Shown: positions 37,113 through 46,023 of the stretch, piece after piece
Numbering within the stretch: position 1 is the stretch's first letter
Layout of the letters: each line of letters starts with the position of its first letter
Source: an uncultured delta proteobacterium
GTDB lineage: Bacteria; Myxococcota_A; Polyangia; Fen-1088
NCBI GenBank assembly: GCA_963755125.1
Contig: CAVWIP010000015.1
Coordinates: 320,001 to 384,000 of the forward strand
DNA: 64,000 nt
Direction: 5' to 3'
Notes under the pieces: generated by a model
Seen by the model: the letters and a program-made list of their open reading frames with translations, nothing else
The model's database searches: none
What the model was told of the DNA's origin: nothing
Translations under genes and position numbers: made by a program

Positions 37113-38703
37113 TGGCTTTCTTCTCCCGGATCTTGATGGCGCCCGCAGCCAGCAAACACGGCCGGCGCGCGATGATCACCGACAGCTCGTCGCGGCCCAG
37201 GGCGTCGCGCAGCACGCGCGTGATGGCGTCCGAGTCGGCAATGGGGTCGACGATGAGCACGTTCTTGATGCCCAGCATGCGCGCCAGATCCTCGAACACC
37301 ACGCGGCCGGTTGGCTCGTGGTCGAGCCGGCGTCCAGTGCCCGGGTGTTCCTGCATCCCGGTCATGGCCGTGGTGCCATTGTCGAGGATGACCAGCACGT
37401 GCCCCGTGGCCGGCGGGTTGTAGACCATTTCCACCAGGCCGGTGATTCCGCTGTGCACGAAGGTGGAATCGCCGATCACGCTGACCACCTTGCGCGCTTG
37501 CTCGGGCGGCAGGCTGTGGCGCAGGCCCAGGCCCACCCCGATGGCCGCGCCCATGCACACGCAGGTGTCCATGGCGGAAAAAGGCGGCAGCACGCCCAGG
37601 GTGTAGCAGCCGATGTCGCCGGCCACGATGCAGCCCAGATCGCGCAGCGCCTCGAACACGTTTCGGTGCGGACAGCCCGGGCACAGCTCGGGCGGCTTGC
37701 CCGCCGGCAGCGCCGGCTCGGGCGAAACATCGCCGGCCACGATCCGGCGCACGCGGCTGACGTTCAGCTCGCCGAAACGGTACATCTCGGGCTTCTGCTC
37801 GACCGCGATGCCGGCCGTGCGCGCGGCTTCGTACAGGTACGGATCGCCCTCTTCCACCACCAGGCAACGATCCACGCTGGCGGCGAAGCGGCGCATGGTC
37901 TCGATGGGCAGGGGATAGGAAAGGCCGATCTTGAGCACGCGCGCCTGCGGCGCGGCCTCTCGCACGTGCTGGTAGGAAATCCCCGACGTGACGATCCCCA
38001 AGGCTCGCCCACCGTCGATAATTTGGGTGGGGCCATCGGTTTCATTCCAGGTCGCGATTTCAGCCAGCTTGGCGCGCAGGCGGTGGTGCGCGGGCCGCGC
38101 GTAGGCCGGGATCATCACCCGGCCGGGAACGTCGCGCACGAAACTCGGGGCTGGCGCGGGCCCGAGCTGACCCTTGGTCTGCACCAGGGTCGCCGAGTGA
38201 CACACGCGCGTGGTCATGCGCAGAAGCACCGGCACGTGCCAGCGCTCGGAGATCGCGATGGCGAGCAGGGTGAAGTCGTAGGCATCCTGCGAGTCGGACG
38301 GCTCCAGCATGGGCACGCCAGCCGCCACGGCGAAGCGGCGGTTGTCCTGCTCGTTCTGGCTGGAGGCCATGCCCGGATCGTCGGCCGACACGATCGCCAG
38401 GCCGCCGGTCACGCCGGTGTAGGCGACCGTGAACAGAGGGTCGGCCGCCACGTTCAGGCCCACGTGCTTCATGGTGACCAGGGCGCGCGCACCCGCAAAC
38501 GCGGCGCCGATGCCGACCTCCAGCGCTACCTTCTCGTTGGGCGCCCACTGCGCCCGGCCGCCCAAAGCGTCGAATGCCTCAAGAATTTCCGTCGACGGCG
38601 TACCTGGATAGCCGGTGCCGAGCGCCACGCCGGCGTCAAGCGCAGCCTGGGCCACGGCTTCGTTGCCGCTCGCGAGTCGGCGTTCGGAATTGTGCTGGGG
38701 CAT
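37099..38703 (-). CDS. iorA: Indolepyruvate:ferredoxin oxidoreductase alpha subunit (no C-terminal ferredoxin domain)
   Basis: SGNEAVA, GYPGTPSTEI, MKHVGLNVAAD, LCPGCPHR, GDIGCYTLG, IGDSTFVHSG. Confidence 0.93.
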   Translation of the reverse strand: MPQHNSERRLASGNEAVAQAALDAGVALGTGYPGTPSTEILEAFDALGGRAQWAPNEKVALEVGIGAAFAGARALVTMKHVGLNVAADPLFTVAYTGVTGGLAIVSADDPGMASSQNEQDNRRFAVAAGVPMLEPSDSQDAYDFTLLAIAISERWHVPVLLRMTTRVCHSATLVQTKGQLGPAPAPSFVRDVPGRVMIPAYARPAHHRLRAKLAEIATWNETDGPTQIIDGGRALGIVTSGISYQHVREAAPQARVLKIGLSYPLPIETMRRFAASVDRCLVVEEGDPYLYEAARTAGIAVEQKPEMYRFGELNVSRVRRIVAGDVSPEPALPAGKPPELCPGCPHRNVFEALRDLGCIVAGDIGCYTLGVLPPFSAMDTCVCMGAAIGVGLGLRHSLPPEQARKVVSVIGDSTFVHSGITGLVEMVYNPPATGHVLVILDNGTTAMTGMQEHPGTGRRLDHEPTGRVVFEDLARMLGIKNVLIVDPIADSDAITRVLRDALGRDELSVIIARRPCLLAAGAIKIREKKANAGK

Positions 38704-38779
38704 GAAACTTCAGCCTCGAAAAGTTAGTTTTGTCCTGTCTAGCCTCCGACGGCAAGGGGGTAGGGCAGCCAGCAACCGG

Positions 38780-38815
38780 TTGCATCACGCATCGTCATGA
38801 GGCACAATGATGCAA
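38780..38815 (+). promoter_or_regulatory. Toxin-antitoxin promoter TTGCAT-N17-CACAAT with inverted-repeat operator TTGCATCA..TGATGCAA
   Basis: Arms at 38780-38787 and 38808-38815, with extra GCATC-like half sites between them. Confidence 0.6.
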
Positions 38816-38823
38816 GGTGAGGC

Positions 38824-39084
38824 ATGAAGGCAATCACGGTCAGAAACCTGCCTCCTGCGGTCGCGCGCACCATCCGTGAGCGTGCGTCGAAAGAGGGCAT
38901 CAGCACCAACAGAGCGGTCATCTCCCTGCTGGAGGAGGCGACCGGCCGCAAGCGACCGCGGGTTGTGGCGCCGCTGCATCACGAACTGGACGTCCTCGCC
39001 GGCGCCTGGAGCCGCGAGGAATCGCTTGAGTTTGAGCGTGCGTTGCACGCGCAGCGGACCGTAGACCCGGAACTGTGGAAGTGA
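38824..39084 (+). CDS. FitA/VapB-like ribbon-helix-helix antitoxin
   Basis: MKAITVRNLPP..RERASKEGISTN..LAGAWS..VDPELWK; GTGA overlap with the PIN toxin. Confidence 0.8.
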   Translation: MKAITVRNLPPAVARTIRERASKEGISTNRAVISLLEEATGRKRPRVVAPLHHELDVLAGAWSREESLEFERALHAQRTVDPELWK

Positions 39085-39896
39085 CCCGCATTCTGGCCGA
39101 CACCTCTGCCTACTCGGCCTTCTTCAGGGGGCATGCCGGCGTCAAGGCGCTGTTTCAGAAGGTCGATGAGATCGTCCTTAGCCCGGTCGTGCTCGGAGAA
39201 TTGCGGGCCGGCTTCATGGCAGGGGCACACCGTCGCAAGAACGAGCGCGAACTGGACCTATTCCTGAGATCGTCTCGGGTTTCCGTCGCGTCCCTCGACG
39301 AAGAAACCGCGGGGTGCTACGCGGCTGTTGTTCACGGCTTGCGCCTCGCGGGCACGCCTATCCCGACCAACGACATCTGGATCGCCGCCTCGGCGATGCA
39401 GCACGGCTTGCGGGTGATCACCACGGACCGACACTTCGCGAAGATCCCGCAGATCCTCTGCGATGTTCTGTCGAACGGACTAGCCTGTCCTGAGCAGCGC
39501 GCCCACCGCCCAGTCGTAGTCGGGCCGCGTGCCATCCCACAGGGGCAGGTTGCTGTCCGCCCCAAGGTCCAGCCCGCGGTCGCCAGCCCATTCGTGCAAC
39601 GACTCGAGCGTGCGCAGGACCAAGTCCGCCTCGTCAGGCGCCAGCACGATTTCCAGCTTCACCATTCCGCCTGGCAGGTTCCGCCGCCGAACGCTCCGTT
39701 CCTCGGCCGCCACGACTTCGTCAGGTGCCAGCGCGCGACGGTAACCACGGCAAAGCCGTTCAAGCTGCGCGCCCGTGGCGACCACCGCCAGTTCCAGCAG
39801 CTTGGCCTCGGTTTCTGGCGCGGCCACGCGCGTGAGCGCCCGCGCCTTCGCGTACGACAGCGTGCCCACTCGCAGGGCCTCGTCGATTGCGGGTAG
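39081..39896 (+). CDS. vapC: VapC PIN-domain toxin (domain ends near 39470; no stop codon until 39896)
   Basis: ILADTSAYSAF, VVLGEL, IPTNDIWIAASA, ITTDRHF. Confidence 0.8.
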   Translation: MTRILADTSAYSAFFRGHAGVKALFQKVDEIVLSPVVLGELRAGFMAGAHRRKNERELDLFLRSSRVSVASLDEETAGCYAAVVHGLRLAGTPIPTNDIWIAASAMQHGLRVITTDRHFAKIPQILCDVLSNGLACPEQRAHRPVVVGPRAIPQGQVAVRPKVQPAVASPFVQRLERAQDQVRLVRRQHDFQLHHSAWQVPPPNAPFLGRHDFVRCQRATVTTAKPFKLRARGDHRQFQQLGLGFWRGHARERPRLRVRQRAHSQGLVDCG

Positions 39897-40115
39897 CTTG
39901 CCCAGGGCGCGCGCCACACGCACCTTCTCGCGCGCAGTTGCGGAGTCCAGCCCGATACGCCAGGCCAGCCAGTGAGTGCACGAAGTCGCGCCCTGTTGGT
40001 GCCACCCGCCCGCCTCGTCGAACTCCCGGATACAGGTCAGCAGCCTGTGCGTAGCCGCATCCAGGTGCGCCGCCAAATTCGCTATCTCCCGACTCAAATC
40101 CTCGACGGAAAACAT
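39480..40115 (-). pseudogene. DUF222 (13E12-like) gene lacking the HNH domain
   Basis: LAAHLDAATHRLL..GGW..SCTHWLAWRIG..AREKVRVARAL..LSYAKARALTRVA and terminal WDGTRPDYDWAV; only 211 aa and no HNH motif. Confidence 0.7.
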
Positions 40116-40123
40116 GACGCTAA

Positions 40124-40141
40124 GCTGAACATATGTTCAGC
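40124..40141. promoter_or_regulatory. Perfect 18-bp palindrome GCTGAACATATGTTCAGC, putative LexA (SOS) box
   Basis: Closely fits the Myxococcus LexA motif CTRHAMRYBYGTTCAGS; lies between a minus-strand TTGACA (40148-40153) and the DUF222 start. Confidence 0.7.
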
Positions 40142-40160
40142 AATCTTTGTCAAGGGGAAT

Positions 40161-40664
40161 CTACTTCTGCGCCTTGCGTTTCTCGAAAGCGTCCAGCCAC
40201 TGGCGGCAACGCTTCTGCGTGGCAGCTAGCTGAGCGGGGGATAGCTTCGCTGCAACCTCGTCGCGAAACTGGATGTATTCCGGTTTCGCCTCCGTCCGCC
40301 CGTTCAAAGCCGCCAGCGGGCTGATCGGATCGAGCGTAACGGCGATGTTTGCCCAAAAGTATGCCTTCGCATAGTCCCGCCGGACGCCCCTGCCGCTGGA
40401 ATATAGGGTAGCGAGATTGTACTGAGCTTCGGGAAAACCCTGGTCAGCGGCCTTGGTGTACCACTTCACGGCTTCTGCGTGATCCTGCGGAACACCTACG
40501 CCCATGTCGTACAACCAACCGAGGGCGGCCTGATTCCAGGATTCACCCCGGGCAGCACCCTCTCGGTATCGGCGTACGTCCTCTGGCTGGTGAGGGAGCG
40601 GGGTTGGAGCATCTACAGCAGTCACTAGGGACAGGAAAATCAAGGAGGCGAGTCCGAATCCCAT
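40161..40664 (-). CDS. Sel1-repeat exported protein
   Basis: ALGWLYDMGVGVPQDHAEAVKWYTKAADQG..AQYNLATLY; lower GC than its neighbours. Confidence 0.88.
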   Translation of the reverse strand: MGFGLASLIFLSLVTAVDAPTPLPHQPEDVRRYREGAARGESWNQAALGWLYDMGVGVPQDHAEAVKWYTKAADQGFPEAQYNLATLYSSGRGVRRDYAKAYFWANIAVTLDPISPLAALNGRTEAKPEYIQFRDEVAAKLSPAQLAATQKRCRQWLDAFEKRKAQK

Positions 40665-41029
40665 CTGGTCATCGCGTGGCCGCCGGCACTTTTTCGCAAG
40701 CCATCCAACTTGCTATGACGAACCGTACCAGGGTCCGAGAATAATCCGCCCCATCCTGATCCCGCGCATCCCCACGGATGGCCCGGCGGCCTCCCCGACA
40801 ATTCCCCGCGCTGCCCGGCATTTCCGCCTACGAGGCCAATCATCGGGCAAAGGCCCATCCCTGGTAACCACAACAGTTGCCATCAACATGACCGAGAATC
40901 CCTATTTGTTTCCGCCGCGTATATTCCCGAGCACGTATTGGTTTCGCCAGTATCTCTAACGGGCAAATTCTTGCTTGCCTACGCAACAGGGACTTTTCTT
41001 GGATTTGAACTATAGGCAACGTGGCGGAC

Positions 41030-42340
41030 ATGAATTCTGGCGATACCGCATGGCTCCTGGTTTCAACCGCACTCGTTCTTCTGATGGTGCCTGGCCTGGC
41101 CCTGTTCTATGGCGGACTGGTGCGCCCGAAGAACGTGTTGTCGACCTACATGCACAGCTTCGTGGCTATGGGGTTGATCACGCTGCAGTGGGTGGCGTTC
41201 GGCTACTCGCTGGCTTTCGGGCCTGACCAGGGCGGCGTCATCGGCGGCTTTTCGTTCGCGTTCCTTCGCGGCGTGGGCCTGGAGCCGCGGCCAGGCATGA
41301 CGATCCCGCACCTGGTGTTCATGGCGTATCAGATGATGTTCGCCATCATCACGCCGGCGCTGATCTCGGGCGCCTTTGCCGAGCGCCTCAAGTTCTCGGC
41401 CTACGTTCTCTTCACGCTGTTGTGGAGCACGCTCATCTACGATCCGCTGGCCCACTGGATGTGGGCTGACGGCGGCTGGCTGCAGAAGCTGGGCGCACTC
41501 GATTTCGCGGGCGGGGTCGTGGTGCACGTCAGCTCGGGCTTCTCCGCGCTGGTCTTTGCCCTGGTGCTGGGCAAACGCCTGGGCTATCCGCGTGAGCGCA
41601 TTCTGCCGCACAACCTGACCATGGTTCTTCTGGGCGCGGGTCTGCTCTGGTTCGGCTGGTTCGGCTTCAACGGCGGCAGCGCTCTGGCTGCCTCGGGCGT
41701 GGCTGCGCTGGCTCTGGTCAATTCGCAACTGGCCGCGGCCATGGGGGCCATGGTGTGGATGGTGGTGGACATCATTCGCTATGGCAAGGCCTCGGCCCTA
41801 GGATTTGCGTCCGGCTTCATCGCGGGCCTGGCCACGGTGACGCCGGCCTCGGGTTACGTCGGGCCCATGGGCGCGCTGGCCATCGGCGCTGCCGCGGGCT
41901 TGGCTTGCTACGGCGGCGTCATGCTCAAGGCCAAGCTCGGGTACGACGACACCCTGGACGCCTTCGGCGTTCACGGGGTGGGCGGCGCGATCGGTACCAT
42001 TCTGCTGGGTGTGTTCGCCTTGCGCGTGTGGAACCCGGCGGGCGCCGACGGTTTGATGACCGGCAACGCGGCCTTCTTTGGCAAGCAACTGCTCGCCGTG
42101 GGCGTTGGCATCGGCTACGCGGTGGTGGGCACGTTCGTGCTGCTCAAGCTCGTCGACGCGGTCGTCGGTTTGCGAGTGGGCGCCGAGGAAGAACACGAAG
42201 GCCTGGACATCAATCTGCACGGCGAGGAGGGCTACAACATGGGTGTGGGCGTTTCGTCGCAAGGCCGCGCCGAGGTCTTTGCCGAAGCGGCGGTCGAGTC
42301 CGGGGCGGCGCTCGCCAAGCAGCCGGCATCGCTGGCGTAG
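41030..42340 (+). CDS. amtB: Ammonium transporter
   Basis: GDTAWLLVS..PGLALFYGG, QMMFAIITPALISG, DFAGGVVVH, WFGWFGFNGGS, DDTLDAFGVHG; GTG 41021 is an alternative start. Confidence 0.96.
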   Translation: MNSGDTAWLLVSTALVLLMVPGLALFYGGLVRPKNVLSTYMHSFVAMGLITLQWVAFGYSLAFGPDQGGVIGGFSFAFLRGVGLEPRPGMTIPHLVFMAYQMMFAIITPALISGAFAERLKFSAYVLFTLLWSTLIYDPLAHWMWADGGWLQKLGALDFAGGVVVHVSSGFSALVFALVLGKRLGYPRERILPHNLTMVLLGAGLLWFGWFGFNGGSALAASGVAALALVNSQLAAAMGAMVWMVVDIIRYGKASALGFASGFIAGLATVTPASGYVGPMGALAIGAAAGLACYGGVMLKAKLGYDDTLDAFGVHGVGGAIGTILLGVFALRVWNPAGADGLMTGNAAFFGKQLLAVGVGIGYAVVGTFVLLKLVDAVVGLRVGAEEEHEGLDINLHGEEGYNMGVGVSSQGRAEVFAEAAVESGAALAKQPASLA

Positions 42341-42377
42341 GCGACCTGGGGCTGTCCGATCTGCTACCCTCGTCGGC

Positions 42378-43412
42378 ATGAAGCTGTCGACGATGAGCCT
42401 GGCACTGCTTGCCCTGGCCGGTGCCACCTGCGTTTTGCCCCCCAAGGCGAAGACCATTCCGGCCTCTGGCGTGGGCGGTTCTTCTTGCCAGTCGGTGACT
42501 TCCGCCCGAAAGAAGGGCGACAACCCCTTTGCCGGCGCCTGCTTCATGGTTGAACCCATGTCCAATGCCCGGCGACAGGCCGAGGCGTGGCGCAGTTCGC
42601 GACCCCAAGATGCCGCGGCCATGGACAAGATCGCTTCGCAGCCGTCGGCTGCCTGGTTCGGCGATTGGAACGGCCGCATCGACTACGACCTCGAGATCTA
42701 CGTGCGCCGCCACGCCCGCTCGGACGCGCTGCCCGTGTTCGTTCTGTACAATGTTCCCAACCGTGACTGCGGCCAGTACTCCCGGGGCGGCGCCACCGGA
42801 CCCGAGCACTACAAGGCATGGATCGACCGCGCCAAGAAGGGCATCGGTTCGATGCGCGCCGTGGTGGTGCTGGAACCGGACGCGCTGGGCCTGATGGACA
42901 GGTGCCTGACACCTGCCGACCAGCGGGCACGCCTGGACATGATTTGCTACGCGGTCCATGCCCTGGAATCCACGCCGGGCGCAGCGGTGTATATCGACGC
43001 GGGCCACGACGCCTGGCTACCGGCGGCGGACATGGCGGACCGACTGAACAAAGCGTGCATCGCTGACGCCACCGGGTTCGCGCTCAACACCTCGAACTAC
43101 CGTGCCACCGAAGATCTGATTCGCTACGGCCACGACATCTCGGGCCGCGTCGGTGGCAAGCATTTCATCATCGACACGGCCCGGAACGGCAACGGCCCGC
43201 CGCGAGATGCCACGGGCGAAGCCGCTTGGTGCAACCCCGATGGCCGCGCGCTCGGCGCCCCGCCCACGACCAACACGGGCGATCCATTGGTGGACGCGTT
43301 TTTCTGGGTCAAGCCGCCGGGCGAATCGGACGGCACGTGCAACCACGGCCCGCGCGCCGGGGGCTGGTGGCCCGAGTACGCGTTGGGGCTGGCCAAGCGG
43401 GCGAAGTGGTGA
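42378..43412 (+). CDS. Glycoside hydrolase family 6 (cellulase/endoglucanase), exported
   Basis: LYNVPNRDCGQYSRGG, VLEPDAL, YIDAGH, IDTARNGNG, WCNPDG, WVKPPGESDG. Confidence 0.92.
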   Translation: MKLSTMSLALLALAGATCVLPPKAKTIPASGVGGSSCQSVTSARKKGDNPFAGACFMVEPMSNARRQAEAWRSSRPQDAAAMDKIASQPSAAWFGDWNGRIDYDLEIYVRRHARSDALPVFVLYNVPNRDCGQYSRGGATGPEHYKAWIDRAKKGIGSMRAVVVLEPDALGLMDRCLTPADQRARLDMICYAVHALESTPGAAVYIDAGHDAWLPAADMADRLNKACIADATGFALNTSNYRATEDLIRYGHDISGRVGGKHFIIDTARNGNGPPRDATGEAAWCNPDGRALGAPPTTNTGDPLVDAFFWVKPPGESDGTCNHGPRAGGWWPEYALGLAKRAKW

Positions 43413-43576
43413 AACGGCGGGGCGTTGCGGACGCGGTTGAGGTCGGCGGCTGCATGGCGGCCCGTCGCTGAGAACACAGAGAGGAGAGGGGAGGGCACGG
43501 AGCGGGGCTGTGCGCTCGGTCACTGCCCGGTTTGGATCGGGTTGACGGACGCGTCGGGATCGAACAATCTGCCCTC

Positions 43577-44680
43577 ATGAGTTCTTCGGAGAAACCAGGG
43601 GATTCACCTCGCGATAACCAGCCTTCCTCGGCCGCGCCGTCGGCGCCGGTTCCGGCCCCGGCCCCGGCTTCGGGTGCGGTCCGAGCGCCTTTTGCGGCTC
43701 CGGGCTCGGGCGCGGTTCGAGCGCCAATCCTGCCACCACCGGCGGCCCCGGCGTCTTCGTCGGGTTTTGGTGTGACTCGAGCTCCGATGCCGGGGTCTGC
43801 AGGAATTCCAGTTCCCCTGCCTTCGCCTGGATCTGGATCGGTGCGAGCGCCTGTACCGGGGTCTGCAGCGATCCCAGTTCCTCTGCCTTCGCCGGGATCT
43901 GGATCGGTGCGAGCGCCAGTTGTGGCCACCGCCTCGACCACGATCCCCGTGCCGCCGCCTGTTCCTGCCCCGGTTCGAGCGCCGGTTCCTGCCCCGGCGC
44001 CGGTTCCGGCGCCGTCACCGGTTCCGGCCCCGACCACGACCACGACCACGGCCACGACCACGGAAATTGCCCCGGTCCCGGCCATGGAGCCGACCTCGGC
44101 TCAGGCTTCGGCTGCCGCGGAGCCGCCTGCAGCACCCGCGGTTGAGCGTGAGCCGGAGGTGCGCTATGTGCCCAACGAAGTTGACGTTTCGCTTCGCGTG
44201 CTCCTGGCCTTGTTCGCGATCGGGTTTGGCGTGTGGGTCATCTTCGCCTGGCTGAAATACGATAAGACTGCCGCCCAGACCGAGCAGGGCTGGCACAAGG
44301 GGACCAAGCAGCTCATCGAATTGACCCTGGTTCGCGAGGACGTGAACAAGCTGGCCTGTGCCTCGAACCTCACGGTGGAAGGCCTGAATTGCGCGTACCT
44401 GGCCAACTCCCAGCCGCGCGTGCCTCCGCCGGCGGACGACGCTCACCTCTTGCGGCCGTACTGCAACGTGAAGAATGACGTCCTGCTTGCGTCTGGGCTG
44501 TGGAATTCCCCCGGCATGCGCGGGCCATTGCCGACCGAACGATTCACCGTCATGTGCAACTACGACATCGTCGGCGTGATCAAGTCGGTGTCATTGCGCT
44601 GGTCGCCGACCGACAAGTTCGAGCCGGCCAAGCAGAGTCTGCCCGTCGGGATTCTCACCGATTGCGTGATCCCGCAATGA
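43577..44680 (+). CDS. Pro-rich single-pass membrane protein with a Cys-containing C-terminal domain
   Basis: Long Pro/Ala/Thr N-terminus, TM segment VLLALFAIGFGVWVIFAW, ATGA overlap with the next gene. Confidence 0.7.
   Translation: MSSSEKPGDSPRDNQPSSAAPSAPVPAPAPASGAVRAPFAAPGSGAVRAPILPPPAAPASSSGFGVTRAPMPGSAGIPVPLPSPGSGSVRAPVPGSAAIPVPLPSPGSGSVRAPVVATASTTIPVPPPVPAPVRAPVPAPAPVPAPSPVPAPTTTTTTATTTEIAPVPAMEPTSAQASAAAEPPAAPAVEREPEVRYVPNEVDVSLRVLLALFAIGFGVWVIFAWLKYDKTAAQTEQGWHKGTKQLIELTLVREDVNKLACASNLTVEGLNCAYLANSQPRVPPPADDAHLLRPYCNVKNDVLLASGLWNSPGMRGPLPTERFTVMCNYDIVGVIKSVSLRWSPTDKFEPAKQSLPVGILTDCVIPQ
43778..43918 (+). repeat. 66-bp coding tandem duplication (RAPxPGSAxIPVPLPSPGSGSV)
   Basis: Two near-identical 22-codon units. 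Confidence 0.85.
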
Positions 44681-46014
44681 GCTGGCTTGCCGTCACGGGG
44701 AAGTTCGCGCGGGCCGTTCGCTCGGCCTGGCAGCGCGTGATGGCCGCTTGGGCGTCGGCCTCGCAGATAGAGCGGGCGACCACCGTCCTTCTCGGCATCA
44801 TGATCGTCGGCGGCGTGGCACTTCGCATCCGCGCGATCTGGTTCCCCCAGACCTTCACCTTCGACGAGCCCTTCTTCGTCCCCAACGCCCACAACTACCT
44901 GCTGGGGATCAAGGACAACAACGATCATCCGCCCCTGTTCAAGATGTTCATGTCCGTGGGGATTCTCCTGTTCGGATACAACTCCGCAGGATGGCGGTTT
45001 CCTGCCCTGTGTTTCGGCATGCTGTCGGTGGTGCTGGCGTACTGGCTGGGGAAAGCCTACTTCCGCAGCGCGCGGGCCGGGCTAATGGCCGCGGCCTTCG
45101 TGGCGGCTGATGGTTTCTTCATCTCGTATTCCCGCGTGGGGCTGATGGATGGAATCCTCACCAGCTTGCTGCTCTGGTGCATGCTGGCCGCGGTGAGCGC
45201 GCGCACCTGGCGCGGGGTGCTGGTGACCGCGCTGCTGGTGGGGGCTGCCGCCTCGGTCAAGTGGAGTGGCGTGTTCATCGTGGCCCCGGCCGTGGTGACC
45301 ATGCTCCTGGTGGGCCGGGTGCCGTTGTGGTCGGTGCTCACCTTCGCGGTGGTTCCTTTCGTGCAGGCTGCGGTGTGGCTGCTGGCGCTGCGGCTCTCGG
45401 GAGAGCCCACCGATCTGGCGTCGCTTTGGCAGTTGGTCAGGGGGCTGGTCAAGAAGCACGTCGATATGAACCACGACTCCAATCCGCTCAACTCGTCCTG
45501 GTACACCTGGTTCATTTTCTATCGCCCGGTGGTCATCAAATACACCACGCACGGGCTGTCCAAGTTCTACTCCTCCTCGGTCGGCAACCCGGTTCTCTGG
45601 ATCGCGGTTGACCTGTTCCTGCTCTGGTCGATCATTCAGCTCATCGCGCGCGCCACGGCCGGGGGCGGAGGAATTGGTCCGCGCCTGGCAAGAACGAAGG
45701 AGTTCCTGCTGGGCAAGCCGGTGGGCAAGCCGATCCTGCTGGTGCTCATGGCATTCGCCGCGATGCTCGTGCCTTGGACCATTTTGCGAAACAAGTACTC
45801 GTTCACGCACTACTACCTGCCGTCGTACGGCTTTGCCCTGCTCATGCTGGGCGGGCTGCTGGCCTACTTCGAGCGCAAGCGGCCGAGGGCGGTGCTGATA
45901 TTCGTCGCGCTGGCGCTGATCGTGGCCATCTACTTCGCGCCGATCTGGGGCGAGTTCTCGATGAGAGAGTTTGCGGCCAATCGCCGCCTGATTCCGCCCG
46001 GCTGGCGCCCGTAG
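44677..46014 (+). CDS. PMT-like (GT39) lipid-carrier-dependent protein O-mannosyltransferase
   Basis: FTFDEPFF, DHPPLFK, GWRFP, SRVGLMD, SVKWSG, SSWYTW, GNPVLW, HYYLPSY; many TM helices. Confidence 0.8.
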   Translation: MSWLAVTGKFARAVRSAWQRVMAAWASASQIERATTVLLGIMIVGGVALRIRAIWFPQTFTFDEPFFVPNAHNYLLGIKDNNDHPPLFKMFMSVGILLFGYNSAGWRFPALCFGMLSVVLAYWLGKAYFRSARAGLMAAAFVAADGFFISYSRVGLMDGILTSLLLWCMLAAVSARTWRGVLVTALLVGAAASVKWSGVFIVAPAVVTMLLVGRVPLWSVLTFAVVPFVQAAVWLLALRLSGEPTDLASLWQLVRGLVKKHVDMNHDSNPLNSSWYTWFIFYRPVVIKYTTHGLSKFYSSSVGNPVLWIAVDLFLLWSIIQLIARATAGGGGIGPRLARTKEFLLGKPVGKPILLVLMAFAAMLVPWTILRNKYSFTHYYLPSYGFALLMLGGLLAYFERKRPRAVLIFVALALIVAIYFAPIWGEFSMREFAANRRLIPPGWRP

Positions 46015-46023
46015 ATCTCCGTG

